The position numbers and the translations under genes were made by a program. A stretch of 63,412 nucleotides of DNA, the filler included, from Pirum gemmata (Eukaryota): the NCBI GenBank assembly GCA_002812295.1. It is 23 parts of 23 records of this genome, joined end to end, with 100 filler letters (N's around TTAATTAATTAA, not from the genome) between each part and the next. Parts side by side here need not be neighbours in the genome. Positions count along the whole stretch, not along the records: positions 37,060 to 39,427 come from PDIN01006623.1; positions 39,528 to 41,898 come from PDIN01006624.1; positions 41,999 to 44,959 come from PDIN01006625.1; positions 45,060 to 47,165 come from PDIN01006626.1; positions 47,266 to 49,665 come from PDIN01006627.1; positions 49,766 to 53,455 come from PDIN01006628.1; 17 more parts are not named here. One strand, written 5' to 3'. Below the pieces are notes generated by a model. It saw only the letters and a program-made list of their open reading frames with translations. It had not been told where the DNA came from and ran no database searches. Within the stretch, counting starts at the first letter, position 1. Each line of letters starts with the position of its first letter. Below, one piece after another: positions 39,214-51,005 of this stretch.

Positions 39214-41202
39214 AATTATTATAACAATAAAAAATAGTCTAGAACGTGTCCCAGTCACAAATTTATTTTGTCTGCCTACCAGGGTATACTTTGCCATGTC
39301 TACCTATTTCCTCTATCGATATCAGATACTATGATATCGACTAATTATTTATAAGATGCATATCGATATCATAATATGATATTATCATATCAATATCATT
39401 ATAGCTTGCACTATTTTTTTTTTTTTTNNNNNNNNNNNNNNNNNNNNNNNNNNNNNNNNNNNNNNNNNNNNTTAATTAATTAANNNNNNNNNNNNNNNNN
39501 NNNNNNNNNNNNNNNNNNNNNNNNNNNTTTTTTGTTTGTTTTTTGTTTGTTTTTTGTTTGTTGTTTGTTTTTTGTTTGTTTTTTGTTTGTTTTTGTTTGT
39601 TTTTTGTTTGTTTTTGTTTTTTGTTTTTGGTTTTTGGTTTTGTTTTTTGTTAGTTTTGTTTTTGTTTTTTGTTTGTTTTTGTTTTTTGTTTTTTGTTTGT
39701 TTTTGTTTTTGTTTTTTGTTTGTTTTTTGTTTGTTTTTTGTTTGTTTTTTGTTTGTTTTTTGTTTGTTTGTTTGTTTGTTTGTTTGTTTTTGTGTTTTTT
39801 GTTTGTTTTTGTGTTTTTTGTTTTGGCCCTTTCGAAGCCGAGGAGAAAGTTTTCTACTTACTCAGCGGTCAAAAAGTTGCCTATAGTACACTACCTTCTC
39901 TTATGGTCGCGATTTAATAGTTTCGTAGTAATCTACGTGTGATTTTATTGCATTACCCAAGAGACTGACATTTTAAGTCTAATTTATTTATCTTGTGGAT
40001 TATTTGTTTTGTTTTTAGTATGTTTTATTATAATATTATTTTTAACAATTTTTTTTTCTTTTTTTTTATCATGTAGGTCTTACATTTATATTTGCTGTTT
40101 TTTCAGAAAAATGTTCTAGAATATCTGTTTAAGTTCGGTACTATCCAAATCATTTTTACAGTCTTCTTCAAGGCCCTTTTTTACTTGTCCTACTTCATAG
40201 GTCACCCGTAAAAAGGATTCGTGTTAAAAGACTGAATTGTTTCTAACCCTACATAACCCGTTTTGAATTTCTATCTTGTATATAAATGTATTTAATGGAT
40301 TTGGTTTTGACTGTCTTATATATGGGGGTGGGTTCTTTTTCGTTTGGTTTGGTTTTGCCCACACGTTTTTCACTATGTTGAATTTTGAATTGTCTTTGGT
40401 TGTGTTATACTTTTTCTCATTTGTTTGGATTTGTGTTTTTTTTTTTCGTTTTGTTTCTTTTGTTGTATTGCATTCTTGTGTAGAAACGGCATTAGAAAAT
40501 AATGATTCCGTATTCAAGGACGAATGCATAAATTAACATGATTGTTATCTTTTTTCTTTGTTCTTTCTTGTTTTTACAAAGAACAGAATAAAGATGACAT
40601 CATTATATTATTATCATTATTGTTATTGTTATTGTTATTGTTATTGTTATTATTGTCATTATTATTATGTTGTTTTTGTTGTTTTTGTTGTTTTTGTTGT
40701 TTTTGTTGTTTTTGTTGTTTTTGTTGTTTTTGTTGTTTTTGTTTTTTTTGTTGTTTTTGTTGTTTTTGTTGTTTTTGTTGTTTTTGTTGTTTTTGTTGTT
40801 TTTGTTGTTTTTGTTGTTTTTGTTGTTTTTGTTGTTTTTGTTGTTTTTGTTGTTTNGTTGTTTTTGTTGTTTTTGTTGTTTTTGTTGTTTTTGTTGTTTT
40901 TGTTGTTTTTGTTGTTTTTGTTGTTTTTGTTGTTATTATTATTATTATTATTATTATCATTATTGTTATTATTGTTATTATTGTTATTATTGTTATTATT
41001 GTTATTATTGTTATTATTGTATTTTGGTGTTTCCCCAGGCAAAGTATGTTTTAACAATTCTGCCATATATTGTTTAAACTGGTTTTTTGTTAGCATAAAT
41101 ATTGTCATACAACTAAAAAACCACACAATCAGATATAAATATCAACTACTACTGTGACTATACTTTGATAGCCAACCAAAACATTAGTATAATAATATTA
41201 TA

Positions 41203-41344
41203 ATCACCTTGATTATATTATTCTTAGGAAGCAATAACCGTTTGTTAAAAGGAATATTTTCCTTTTTTCTTTAGTTTTGAAAGAAAAACATGATTAAGGG
41301 TAACAAACGGTTGTTTCTTCATAAGAATAAATGATTAAGGTGAT
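41203..41344. mobile_element. Small hairpin/MITE-like inverted repeat
   Basis: ATCACCTT..TTATTCTTA..AACCGTTTGTTA pairs with TAACAAACGGTT..TAAGAATAA..GGGTGAT. Confidence 0.5.
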
Positions 41345-42076
41345 GATAATATATATTATTATATTAATGTTGTGGTTGGTTAGATAAACCAAATAATAGT
41401 AATAGTAGTAGCATATCAATTTTTTCATTTTTGAATTGCCGCATTGAATACATTTTCAGGCGAAGAGCAATATATAGGTCTATAACAGATTTTTCTGTTT
41501 TATTTATAAATATTATTTGAATAAAAAATTTACTATTATTTGTGTTTTCTGACACTTTAATTTTCCTAACCACACACACTGAAATCACATGGAATGAATG
41601 TAGTGATTTTTTTATTTCACCATCTTTTTGCAATTTTATTTGTAAAAATCAATTGAATAAAAAATTTACTCTTATTTATGTTTTCTTGCACTTTACTTTT
41701 CCACTGTATTTTAAATGTAATCGAATTAGCTGATTTTATATTAATATTTATATTTATATTGGTGTTGATATTTTATTTGGTGTTGATATTTATTAAAAAA
41801 AAATAAGTACACCCTTGAAAAGGGTTGTATTTTTTTGTTTCACATTTTGTAAATTTTATATAGACTATAATAAATTACAGTAGACTACACTGTAATCANN
41901 NNNNNNNNNNNNNNNNNNNNNNNNNNNNNNNNNNNNNNNNNNTTAATTAATTAANNNNNNNNNNNNNNNNNNNNNNNNNNNNNNNNNNNNNNNNNNNNAA
42001 TATTTTTAAAAACTTTGAAATAAATAAAATCTTTCAATAGTATCACTTTTTATTAAAAAAAATTTTGAATTTTTAG

Positions 42077-42164
<88 letters not shown>

Positions 42165-42275
42165 GAATAATAGGAATAATAGGAATAATAGGAATAATAG
42201 GAATAATAGTAATAGTAATAATAGTAGTAGTAGTAGTAATAGTAGTAATAATAATAATAATAATAGTAATAATAA

Positions 42276-42313
<38 letters not shown>

Positions 42314-42366
42314 ATAGGAATAATAGGAATAATAGTAGTAACAGCAGTACAAATAAAAAAGAATAC

Positions 42367-42552
42367 CAGGCATATGCTCTCTATGACTTCGCCTTTGCAT
42401 GTAAGCTGAAGACAAATGTTCATCGATCTGCGCTACCGCTTTTTCGCCGGCGGCGCCTTCAATCAGTGAAATGGCATAATCCAAATTGTCACGTGACGCA
42501 AATTGAACAGCATTGGAAATAATCATTTTTTGTTGTTCCTGGGGTACTGGTC
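42367..42552 (-). CDS. CNOT1: CCR4-NOT scaffold subunit 1, DUF3819-region exon
   Basis: QQKMIISNAVQFASRDNLDYAISLIEGAAGEKAVAQIDEHLSSAYMQRRSHRE matches Not1; AG and GT boundaries. Confidence 0.85.
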
Positions 42553-42904
42553 CTACTAATAATTGTGAAAGTGTATTTCTAATAATATATATATTATTAT
42601 TATTATTANNNNNNNNNNNNNNNNNNNNNNNNNNNNNNNNNNNNNNCTATTACTATTACTATTACTATTACTATTACTATTACTATTACTATTACTATTA
42701 CTATTACTATTACTATTACTATTACTATTACTATTACTATTAGTATCACTATTAGTATTAGTATTAGTATTAGTATTAGTATTATTACTGCTATTACTAT
42801 TACTCTTACTGTTACCGTTACTATTACTGTTACTATTACTGTTACTATTACTGTTACTGTTACTATTATCATTACTGTTAACAATAAAAATAACAAACAA
42901 TAAC

Positions 42905-42965
<61 letters not shown>

Positions 42966-43045
42966 CCAATATAAAAACCAACAACAATAAATAAAACAAT
43001 AAAACAATAAAACAATAAAACAATAAAATAAAATAAAAAACATAC

Positions 43046-44251
43046 TTCATATTAAGTTTAACTTCAGAGTCATGGGTCACCTTCATTATTTCAACAACTT
43101 CACGAACAACTTTCTTCGATAAATCGAGCACAGTTTGCAAAACTAAAACATGTATTTCACGGAACAGACTTCCTTTTTCTTGTTGAGAAGGGTCAAACAT
43201 TGTTTGCAATAGTTTTCGAGCGAAACGAACACATACCATTACTCTATCCGTTGAATCCATTATTATTGTGGCTGCTTGGTGCAAAAAAGGGTGTAGATTG
43301 GTGGTTACTGCTAGGCTCGAAACTGAAGTCGAGCCTTCGATGATGGCTGTGGATATTACTTTGTATCTGAAAAATATAAAAAAGAACAAATTAAAATTAA
43401 ATTATATTATATTGTATTGTATTGTATTGTATTGTATTAAATTAAATTAAATTAAAATTAAATTAAATTAAATTAAATTAAATTAAATTAAATTAAATTA
43501 AAATTAAAATTAAAATTAAAATTAAAATTAAAATTAAATTAAATCAAAATTAGAATAAAATTAAATTAAAATTAAATTAAAATTGAATTAAAATTAAAAT
43601 AAAATTAAAATAAAATTAAAATAAAATTAAAATTAAAATTAATTAATAAATTATATTAAAATTCATTAATAAATTATATTAAAATTCATTAATAAATTAC
43701 ATTATAAACCAAACACATCAAACTAAACCACACCGAATAAAGTAAACTATACTAAACTAAACCAAACTAAACTAAACAAAACAAAACCAAAACCAAAACC
43801 AAAACCAAAACAAACCCACACACAACAAGAACAAAAACAAACAAATACACAAACAAAATCAATGAATTAATTAATTAACCCCACATAAAACAAAACCAAA
43901 TAATAATAATAATAAACTACAAAACTATAAACTACAAAAGTACAAACTACAAACTTAAACATGGTGTAACAGCAGCAGCAGCAGCAGCAACAAACAACAA
44001 ACAACAAGCAACAAGCAACAAACAACAAACAACAAACAACAAGCAACAAACAACAAACAACAAACAACAAACAACAAACAACAAACAAACAAGCAAGCAA
44101 GCAAGCAAGAAAGCAAGCAAACAAACAAACAAACAAACAAACAAACAAACAAACAAGCAAGCAAGCAAGCAAACAAACAAACAAAAAAACAAACAAACAA
44201 ACAAACAAACAAACAAACAAACAAAACAAACAGTAAACAAAAAAAAAAAAA

Positions 44252-44305
<54 letters not shown>

Positions 44306-44790
44306 AAAAAAAAAAACATACAATTCATTCATAATAAGTGAGAGTTTCTCCAAAGCTTGTATACTTTGTAAAGGCAAATTTGCATTAACATTAGCATCAT
44401 TTTGATAATTAGCCTGTTGGGAACCCCCAGCACCTGGCTGACCAGATACAAACGGTTGGGCTGGTGTTTGGCCAAATTGTTGTTGTTGTGAAGGTGGAGG
44501 TGGAGGTGGGACTTGTTGTTGTTGTGTTATTTGAAATTGATTTTGTGGAAAGGGTTGTTGTGTTTGGTTTTGGTTTTGAGCTTTAGTAAGAGGTGGTAAA
44601 GGTTGTTGTTGTTGCTGTTGTAGTTGTATATGATTTTGTTCAAAGTAAGCTGGTGCTAATTTAGCAAAATCCTCTTTATAAATTCGATATTGGTGTGGAA
44701 GAAGGGTAGGTGGTCTAGCGCGTAACGGTTCGGGTAAGTTAAGGTAGCCAGTGTTGGGTATCTGTTGGTTTTGATCGTAAAATACTTGGC
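43046..44790 (-). CDS. CNOT1: CCR4-NOT scaffold subunit 1, exons 44790-44322 and 43366-43046
   Basis: GQVFYD..LPEPLR..LLPHQYRIYKEDFAK, a Gln/Pro-rich linker, then in phase FARKLLQTMF..LFREIHVLVLQTVLDLSKKVVREV..KLNM, as in Not1. Confidence 0.85.
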
Positions 44791-44847
44791 CTAGAATATG
44801 GTTATCAAAATAACAAAGAACAATAATAATTAGTAGTAGTAGTAGTA

Positions 44848-44886
<39 letters not shown>

Positions 44887-45849
44887 GTAGTAGTAGTAGT
44901 AGTAGTAATAGTAGTAGTAGTAATAGTAGTATTAGTAATAGTAATAGTAATAGTAATAGNNNNNNNNNNNNNNNNNNNNNNNNNNNNNNNNNNNNNNNNN
45001 NNNTTAATTAATTAANNNNNNNNNNNNNNNNNNNNNNNNNNNNNNNNNNNNNNNNNNNNTATATAATATAATATTACTATTGGCCATTAGTGGTTATTAG
45101 TTATTAAAAGTGTTATTATTAACCTTTTTTAGTTATTTTTAAAAAACCAGCGAATTAAAAACCGAAACATTGGTGCGGCATTGATAAGGGTTCGTCATCT
45201 TAGACTATCATTTCTGCTGTATCACATCACACACAGATCATTATTTAAATTTTGATATCATAACGAGTTTTCACGTCAAGGGGTAGGTAGGTAGGTGGTA
45301 TTTAACCGGAAATTAACGTCGAGGGGTAGGTAGGTAGGTGGGGGTATTTGAAGCTGTATCCCAACTCTTTTTTTATATTCGAAAGTTTCAAATCTATTTT
45401 TTAAATACCTATTACAAGTCTATTACATTACTTTTGTTCGAAAACATAAAATTCTAGTGAAACCTAAAAGTCGAACGTTAGTCTACTAGCTAGCTAGTAG
45501 TAGCTAGTAGACATTACAACTATCCTCTCAATCTTTAATTTGGTACTATTTAGGTGTATAATTGAACTTGTTTAAAAAATAAAATATTATGTATAAAATA
45601 CCAAATTAATTAAAACATGTCTGATAGTTTAACCATAATAATAATTTGGCAGGCTTACTTCAGGTTTTAATTAAACTAAACACTACTAGACTATTGAAAA
45701 ACACGAAAAGTCTAGACCGGGGTCTAATAAGTGTATAATATTGATAACATTAAAAATTTTATACAAAATACTTTGAAGTCCTTGAAAAAACCCAACATTT
45801 TATTTTTTGTCATTGCAAAATCCGCCATATGAGCTCAAAATCTGACGAA

Positions 45850-46580
45850 ATCCTAACCCTAACCCCAAGGTCCCTAACCCTAACCCTAACCCTAACCCTA
45901 ACTCTAACCCTAACCCTAACCCTAAGTAACCTTAACCCTAACCCTAACCCTAACCCTAACCCTAACCCTAACCCTAACCCTAACCCTAACCCTAACCCTA
46001 ACCCTAACCCTAACCCTAACCNNNNNNNNNNNNNNNNNNNNNNNNNNNNNNNNCTAACCTCAACCCTAACCCCCTAACCCCAACCCTAACCCTAATCCTA
46101 ACTAACCCTAACCCTAACCCTAACCCTAACCATAACCCTAACCCTAACCCTAACCCTAATTAACCCTAACCCTAACCCTAAACCTAACCCTAATTAGCCC
46201 TAACCCTCACCCTAACCCTAACCCTAATAACAACCCAAACCCCAGCCCCCTAACCTCAACCCTAATCCCCTAATCCCAACCCTAATCCTAACTCTAACCC
46301 TAACCCTATCCCTAACCATAATTAATATAATAGTAATCAAGAGAATGATTTAATATTAATATTATATTAATACATGATTAAAATATTACGTATACCCTCA
46401 AAGAAATTATGAAGCTTTTTTAAAAGTATAGTAAAGTATTATAGTAGTTATAATTAGAAACTGGAACTCTAACCCTAATTATAACCTAACCCAAACCCTA
46501 ACCCTAACCCTAACAGTCCCTAACCCTAAATTATATCCTTAACCATAACCCCAACCCCAACCCTCCTAACCCCAACCCTA
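45850..46580. repeat. Interstitial telomere-like (CCCTAA)n array; similar arrays at 6443-6505, 7191-7345, 12624-12800, 19715-19970, 20890-21075, 25318-25405, 51490-51582, 52645-52790, 54660-55060, 57370-57795, 58812-58900, 59862-59978
   Basis: Seen directly; mostly flanked by non-telomeric sequence on both sides. Confidence 0.95.
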
Positions 46581-47265
46581 AATATTAGTACTATCAATAC
46601 TATATTCTAATTATAACTCCTAGCTATATTATAGTAAATAATATCCTTAAAAGCTTCTTATTAATCCTTAATTTAAATAAATCTATTGTAATAATAACCT
46701 TCTAGCCCCACATGCACGTTTCAATTAATAACTTAATTAAACTTATATAATTCAATATATAATATTAAATATTTTTATATTATTTTAATATTAACTGTAA
46801 TTGATGTTTTCATATGAAAATAAGCACTACTTTGGGTATTATAAATATACTTATTTTTAATATTAAAAACTTTTAAACTTATAATTATTTTCAATAATAT
46901 TATATAATATTAATTAATATAATAATATTTTTTATATTATTATTAATATTAATGTTTTCATATAATATGAAAATAAGCTCTAATAGTAATATGGGTCAAT
47001 ATACTTATTTTTTGGTGTTTCATAATTAATATACTTAGTTAATTATTAATATATAGACTCATTGTTCTTATCCTGTTAGTTCTAGAGGCTTCCAGATAAA
47101 AGCCCATCTGGAAGCCTCTTTTGTTAGTTTAGAGGGCTAAAACTAACAACTACTATGTCTAGAACNNNNNNNNNNNNNNNNNNNNNNNNNNNNNNNNNNN
47201 NNNNNNNNNTTAATTAATTAANNNNNNNNNNNNNNNNNNNNNNNNNNNNNNNNNNNNNNNNNNNN

Positions 47266-47371
47266 ACTTTCTCACACATTTTGCAAAGCCTGTCGTTGAA
47301 ATTGGCTGGCAATTTGTGGTTAAAGTGGTTAAAGTTAATAACAGACTAATTAATAAATAAACACTCTTCAT
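47266..47371 (-). CDS. 5' end of a secreted or membrane protein, truncated by the contig end (absent from the ORF track)
   Basis: ATAATAA-ATG then MKSVYLLISLLLTLTTLTTNCQPISTTGFAKCVRK, open to the gap; signal-peptide-like. Confidence 0.6.
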
Positions 47372-47410
47372 TTATTATAGACTAATTATTTTTTTTAAAT
47401 GAACTTTTTT

Positions 47411-49531
47411 TTATTGGCCCAAACTTTTAGTCGATATCAATTTTCCATCTTTATCATAACAATATATAAAGCTCTGGCTCTCATTCAACCCCGGCTGAAT
47501 AGAACAGTGTGTTTGATCATCTCCTGGCTCACGGTCAAATATGTTAGAAATACCATGAGTCGCTTGTATTCCATTAGTTTTAATGAATCCAATGGTTGGG
47601 TCTAGCATCAAAGTATTATTTACATAACCACCTTGTGGCATAACACGGAGTCTATTTTTTTCGTCAGGTTTAATAGTCCATGACCCAACTTTTAATTCGG
47701 GAACTTGAATACCAACGTCACTAGACATATTATAATATTTGTATTCAATATCTTGTCCCAGTGATTGTACAGGACTAATATCGTAAGTGGTTAAATTCGT
47801 ATCTTGCCAACCGAGTTGATTACGTTGGATAGGGAAGATGTTGTCCCCACCACCCGTGGCTAATAACCAAGGAATATTGGTAAAGGGTTCAACATCGTTA
47901 TTTTTAGAAATAACATGCACTTCATATTGAGAATCGTTAATAGTACTTTTAATAAGAATATAGCTTTTAGGATTAGTTCGATCATTAACGTATAGAGCAT
48001 TAAGTTTATAAGAGCTAGTGGAAAAGCCATTGGCCATGTAAGATGGACTGGTACTGTTCTTGAAAATGTCTTGAAAAATAACAGGTATTTGTTCATACGT
48101 CCCGGAGACCTGGGTATCGCTAGGCGAATAGACTTTAAGATAATTGGGTTCAAAGTGGTCCCTGTATGGTTTAATTTGTACTTTTTCAAGTTTGACTTCA
48201 GGGTATAGACCGGTGTTATTATCTTTTTGAACTCGGATTTCTATTTTATTTTGAAACGAACCAAAATATATCTCTCGTCCATAATCTTGGTAAGTAGGTT
48301 GGTCCAAAGTATAAAATATTCCCTCATCATTAGATATTTCAAGCTTACCGTTACCCTTCATGTGTAATTTTGCATAGTGTAATTTAAATATTTGTTGATC
48401 ATAACTTTCCAAGGTTATCGAATAAGGCTCGGATCCATTTTTTAAATAAAACATGTCCGGATTTTTTTGAAATTCAAATTTCCCATATATTTTAAAGTAG
48501 GGATCATATAATGTTTGCCATGGTACTCCGAGTACAATAGCAGTGTCGTCATAACATAAAACTTTACTTTGGCCAAGACGAGGATACTCGATTATAGGTC
48601 CATAATCCGATTCTAGGGCATTTTGGGCATTTCGGATATTTATTTGATTTTTTTCTATCTCGGTTTGGTTATCCCGACCAACTCGGTTATTCTGATCTAA
48701 AAAGGAATATACATCGGTAATAGTTTCCAATTGTACGTCAGACATTGTTACCACATCAGTCCCTACTTCTCTCACGGAAACTCCTGTACCAAATCTTGTT
48801 AGGGCATCGTTCTTACTTATGGTGGTATTATTAGTTACCCGTATTCTATCCAAAGTATCTTTATCAAATTCAACAATATGTATTTTCTTCTCGGTAAGAA
48901 TAATGTCAGGCAATTCTTCTTCATAATTTTCTCTCTTTTTCATAGTCGTCCTTATATCTTCATTTGCTCCATAATATCGATCTCGTGATACCACCACATT
49001 GATTGTACTCACTGCATTAGTCATGTCAATTTTCATGGACTTCATAATAATTGGTCCAATGTTTTTGGTCTTGAATTGTACTGTGATATTTCCTAATAAT
49101 TCTAAATGAGTTGACGTATCACTACACCGGTACCAACACTTGTCATCATAATTTTCACTAATACTTGTACCAAAATAATAAGGTGTTATAAACGATACTA
49201 TAAATTTTTTATAAAGCATATCATAAGTTCCTCCGCGCCCGTCATCTTGTACTACCAACCCTGGGGTTAGGGATTCCGGCACAAAAGTGTTAAACATATA
49301 ATCATACCATTGTATCGTAGACCCAAATAATTCGGCATTGAAAGTCTGTAATTTGAGGTATTCTCCTCCTTCTCCTGTAGACGTTGACGTGGACTGGTAT
49401 TTTCGAATATATTCTTTTAAAGATATATATGGTTCCATATATCTATATGGTTCTTTAATCGCTGTTTTTTTCCTACAACAACAACAATACAAAATACAAA
49501 CTAATAATATAATAAGTACTAATAACCACAT
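47411..49531 (-). CDS. Intronless 706-aa membrane-anchored protein, possibly of large-DNA-virus origin
   Basis: 2.1-kb ORF without introns or microsatellites; N-terminal TM, CCCC, basic patch, KEPY; beta-rich body; AATAAAGTA before the ATG. Confidence 0.8.
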   Translation of the reverse strand: MWLLVLIILLVCILYCCCCRKKTAIKEPYRYMEPYISLKEYIRKYQSTSTSTGEGGEYLKLQTFNAELFGSTIQWYDYMFNTFVPESLTPGLVVQDDGRGGTYDMLYKKFIVSFITPYYFGTSISENYDDKCWYRCSDTSTHLELLGNITVQFKTKNIGPIIMKSMKIDMTNAVSTINVVVSRDRYYGANEDIRTTMKKRENYEEELPDIILTEKKIHIVEFDKDTLDRIRVTNNTTISKNDALTRFGTGVSVREVGTDVVTMSDVQLETITDVYSFLDQNNRVGRDNQTEIEKNQINIRNAQNALESDYGPIIEYPRLGQSKVLCYDDTAIVLGVPWQTLYDPYFKIYGKFEFQKNPDMFYLKNGSEPYSITLESYDQQIFKLHYAKLHMKGNGKLEISNDEGIFYTLDQPTYQDYGREIYFGSFQNKIEIRVQKDNNTGLYPEVKLEKVQIKPYRDHFEPNYLKVYSPSDTQVSGTYEQIPVIFQDIFKNSTSPSYMANGFSTSSYKLNALYVNDRTNPKSYILIKSTINDSQYEVHVISKNNDVEPFTNIPWLLATGGGDNIFPIQRNQLGWQDTNLTTYDISPVQSLGQDIEYKYYNMSSDVGIQVPELKVGSWTIKPDEKNRLRVMPQGGYVNNTLMLDPTIGFIKTNGIQATHGISNIFDREPGDDQTHCSIQPGLNESQSFIYCYDKDGKLISTKSLGQ

Positions 49532-49828
49532 TACTTTATTTTAATTTTTTTTTTTAATTTTTTTGTATATTTTTTTATTCTTGAACATGAACTTGAACAT
49601 AAGTCCAAGGTCGGTTATTTTACTGTAAAATGACATTGGATAATAAAGTTTGTATATTATTATATNNNNNNNNNNNNNNNNNNNNNNNNNNNNNNNNNNN
49701 NNNNNNNNNTTAATTAATTAANNNNNNNNNNNNNNNNNNNNNNNNNNNNNNNNNNNNNNNNNNNNATTATTATTATTATTATTAATGTTAAACGTTATAT
49801 TATTAAAATTAAAATAATTAAAAAACAT

Positions 49829-50228
49829 ATGATATCGATGATTAACAACATAATATTTTCAACAATCCTTCTTGGTTTTTATTTTTTACCAACTGCAGTT
49901 CATTCACACAGTAGTAACCAACATTGTGATCATCAAGGAGACGTTGGTAAAATAATATGCTATACAGATCTAGATCTAGAAAGTAACACTATTGATAATA
50001 CTCATAAATGTGGGTCTTTACATTATTATAAGTGTTTGGGATACAAGAAAAGATCAGCACTATTAAGTGTGAGCGATTATGAAATTTGTTTAGAAGGGCG
50101 CTTGGTGGAAAGGAGTGATAACTGCAAGTATAATGATAAAATTGATGATGATGATGACAATGACCTTACAATGACATCTCCTACTCCTGTATATGTATTT
50201 GAAGGTGATGATGATGATGACGATGACA

Positions 50229-50259
<31 letters not shown>

Positions 50260-50708
50260 CGATGGCGACCTCACAATAATATCTCCTACTCCTGAATATG
50301 TATTTCAAGAAGATGATGATGATGACGATGATCATGGCAACGATGATGATGATGATGATGACGATGATGATGACGATTTCAATCAGAAAACAACTTCAAC
50401 TAACTATCCAAGAGACATTAATAGAAACCAATTTTGATTCTAGTACTACAACAAGCGCTAGCACCACGAATAGTACCAGTAATGGTTCAAACAGTAACAA
50501 TGCAATAATAATCGGAGCGTCTGCTGCAGCTGCAGGTGCTGCAGTGTTATTGGGAATGGGGGTTGGGGCATATAAATATATCAATAGTCGTTCCCCGCAA
50601 ACCGAGGTCAATCTTTTAAGTGATCAAGGATATAATTTAGATTATACTACTAATCCCGGTTTTGAAGGGGGTGGGATAGGGGGTGGAAACCCATTGTATA
50701 ACCCTTGA
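49829..50708 (+). CDS. Single-pass surface receptor/adhesin: signal peptide, Cys-rich domain, poly-Asp repeats, Ser/Thr stalk, TM, NPxF/NPxY tail; interrupted by a 1-nt frameshift
   Basis: ORFs 49829-50437 and 50298-50708 overlap; removing one A at 50402-50403 joins KTTST to TIQETLIETNFDSSTTT..AIIIGASAAAAGAAVLLGMGVGAYKY..TNPGFEGGGIGGGNPLYNP. Confidence 0.7.
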
Positions 50709-50861
50709 TATTATAGAAATTATGATAGTTTATAAGTATCATAATATTATTATATTAATAATATTGCCATACGTATTTTTAATTTTTTTAATTTAAAATT
50801 TAATTTTTAGACTACATGGTAGGCTGTTTTAGGGTATTATTTTTTATTATTATGATAAATT

Positions 50862-51005
50862 TTATAGTGCGTTTCATTTATTTTGTTACTCTGAATATTT
50901 ATTTGGTTGGTTATAACATTAAATTTGACACTTTTAAATGAATAAATAGATCATATAATATACCAAATTAAATAAAATGGATTTATATGGTATTAATTTG
51001 GTACC
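50862..51005. repeat. Dispersed repeat family D
   Basis: Inverted copies at about 54015-54155 and 15362-15490. Confidence 0.7.

Noticed and set aside
47266..50708. Linkage of the virus-like contig with the NPxY receptor gene
   Set aside because: Separated by an artificial spacer
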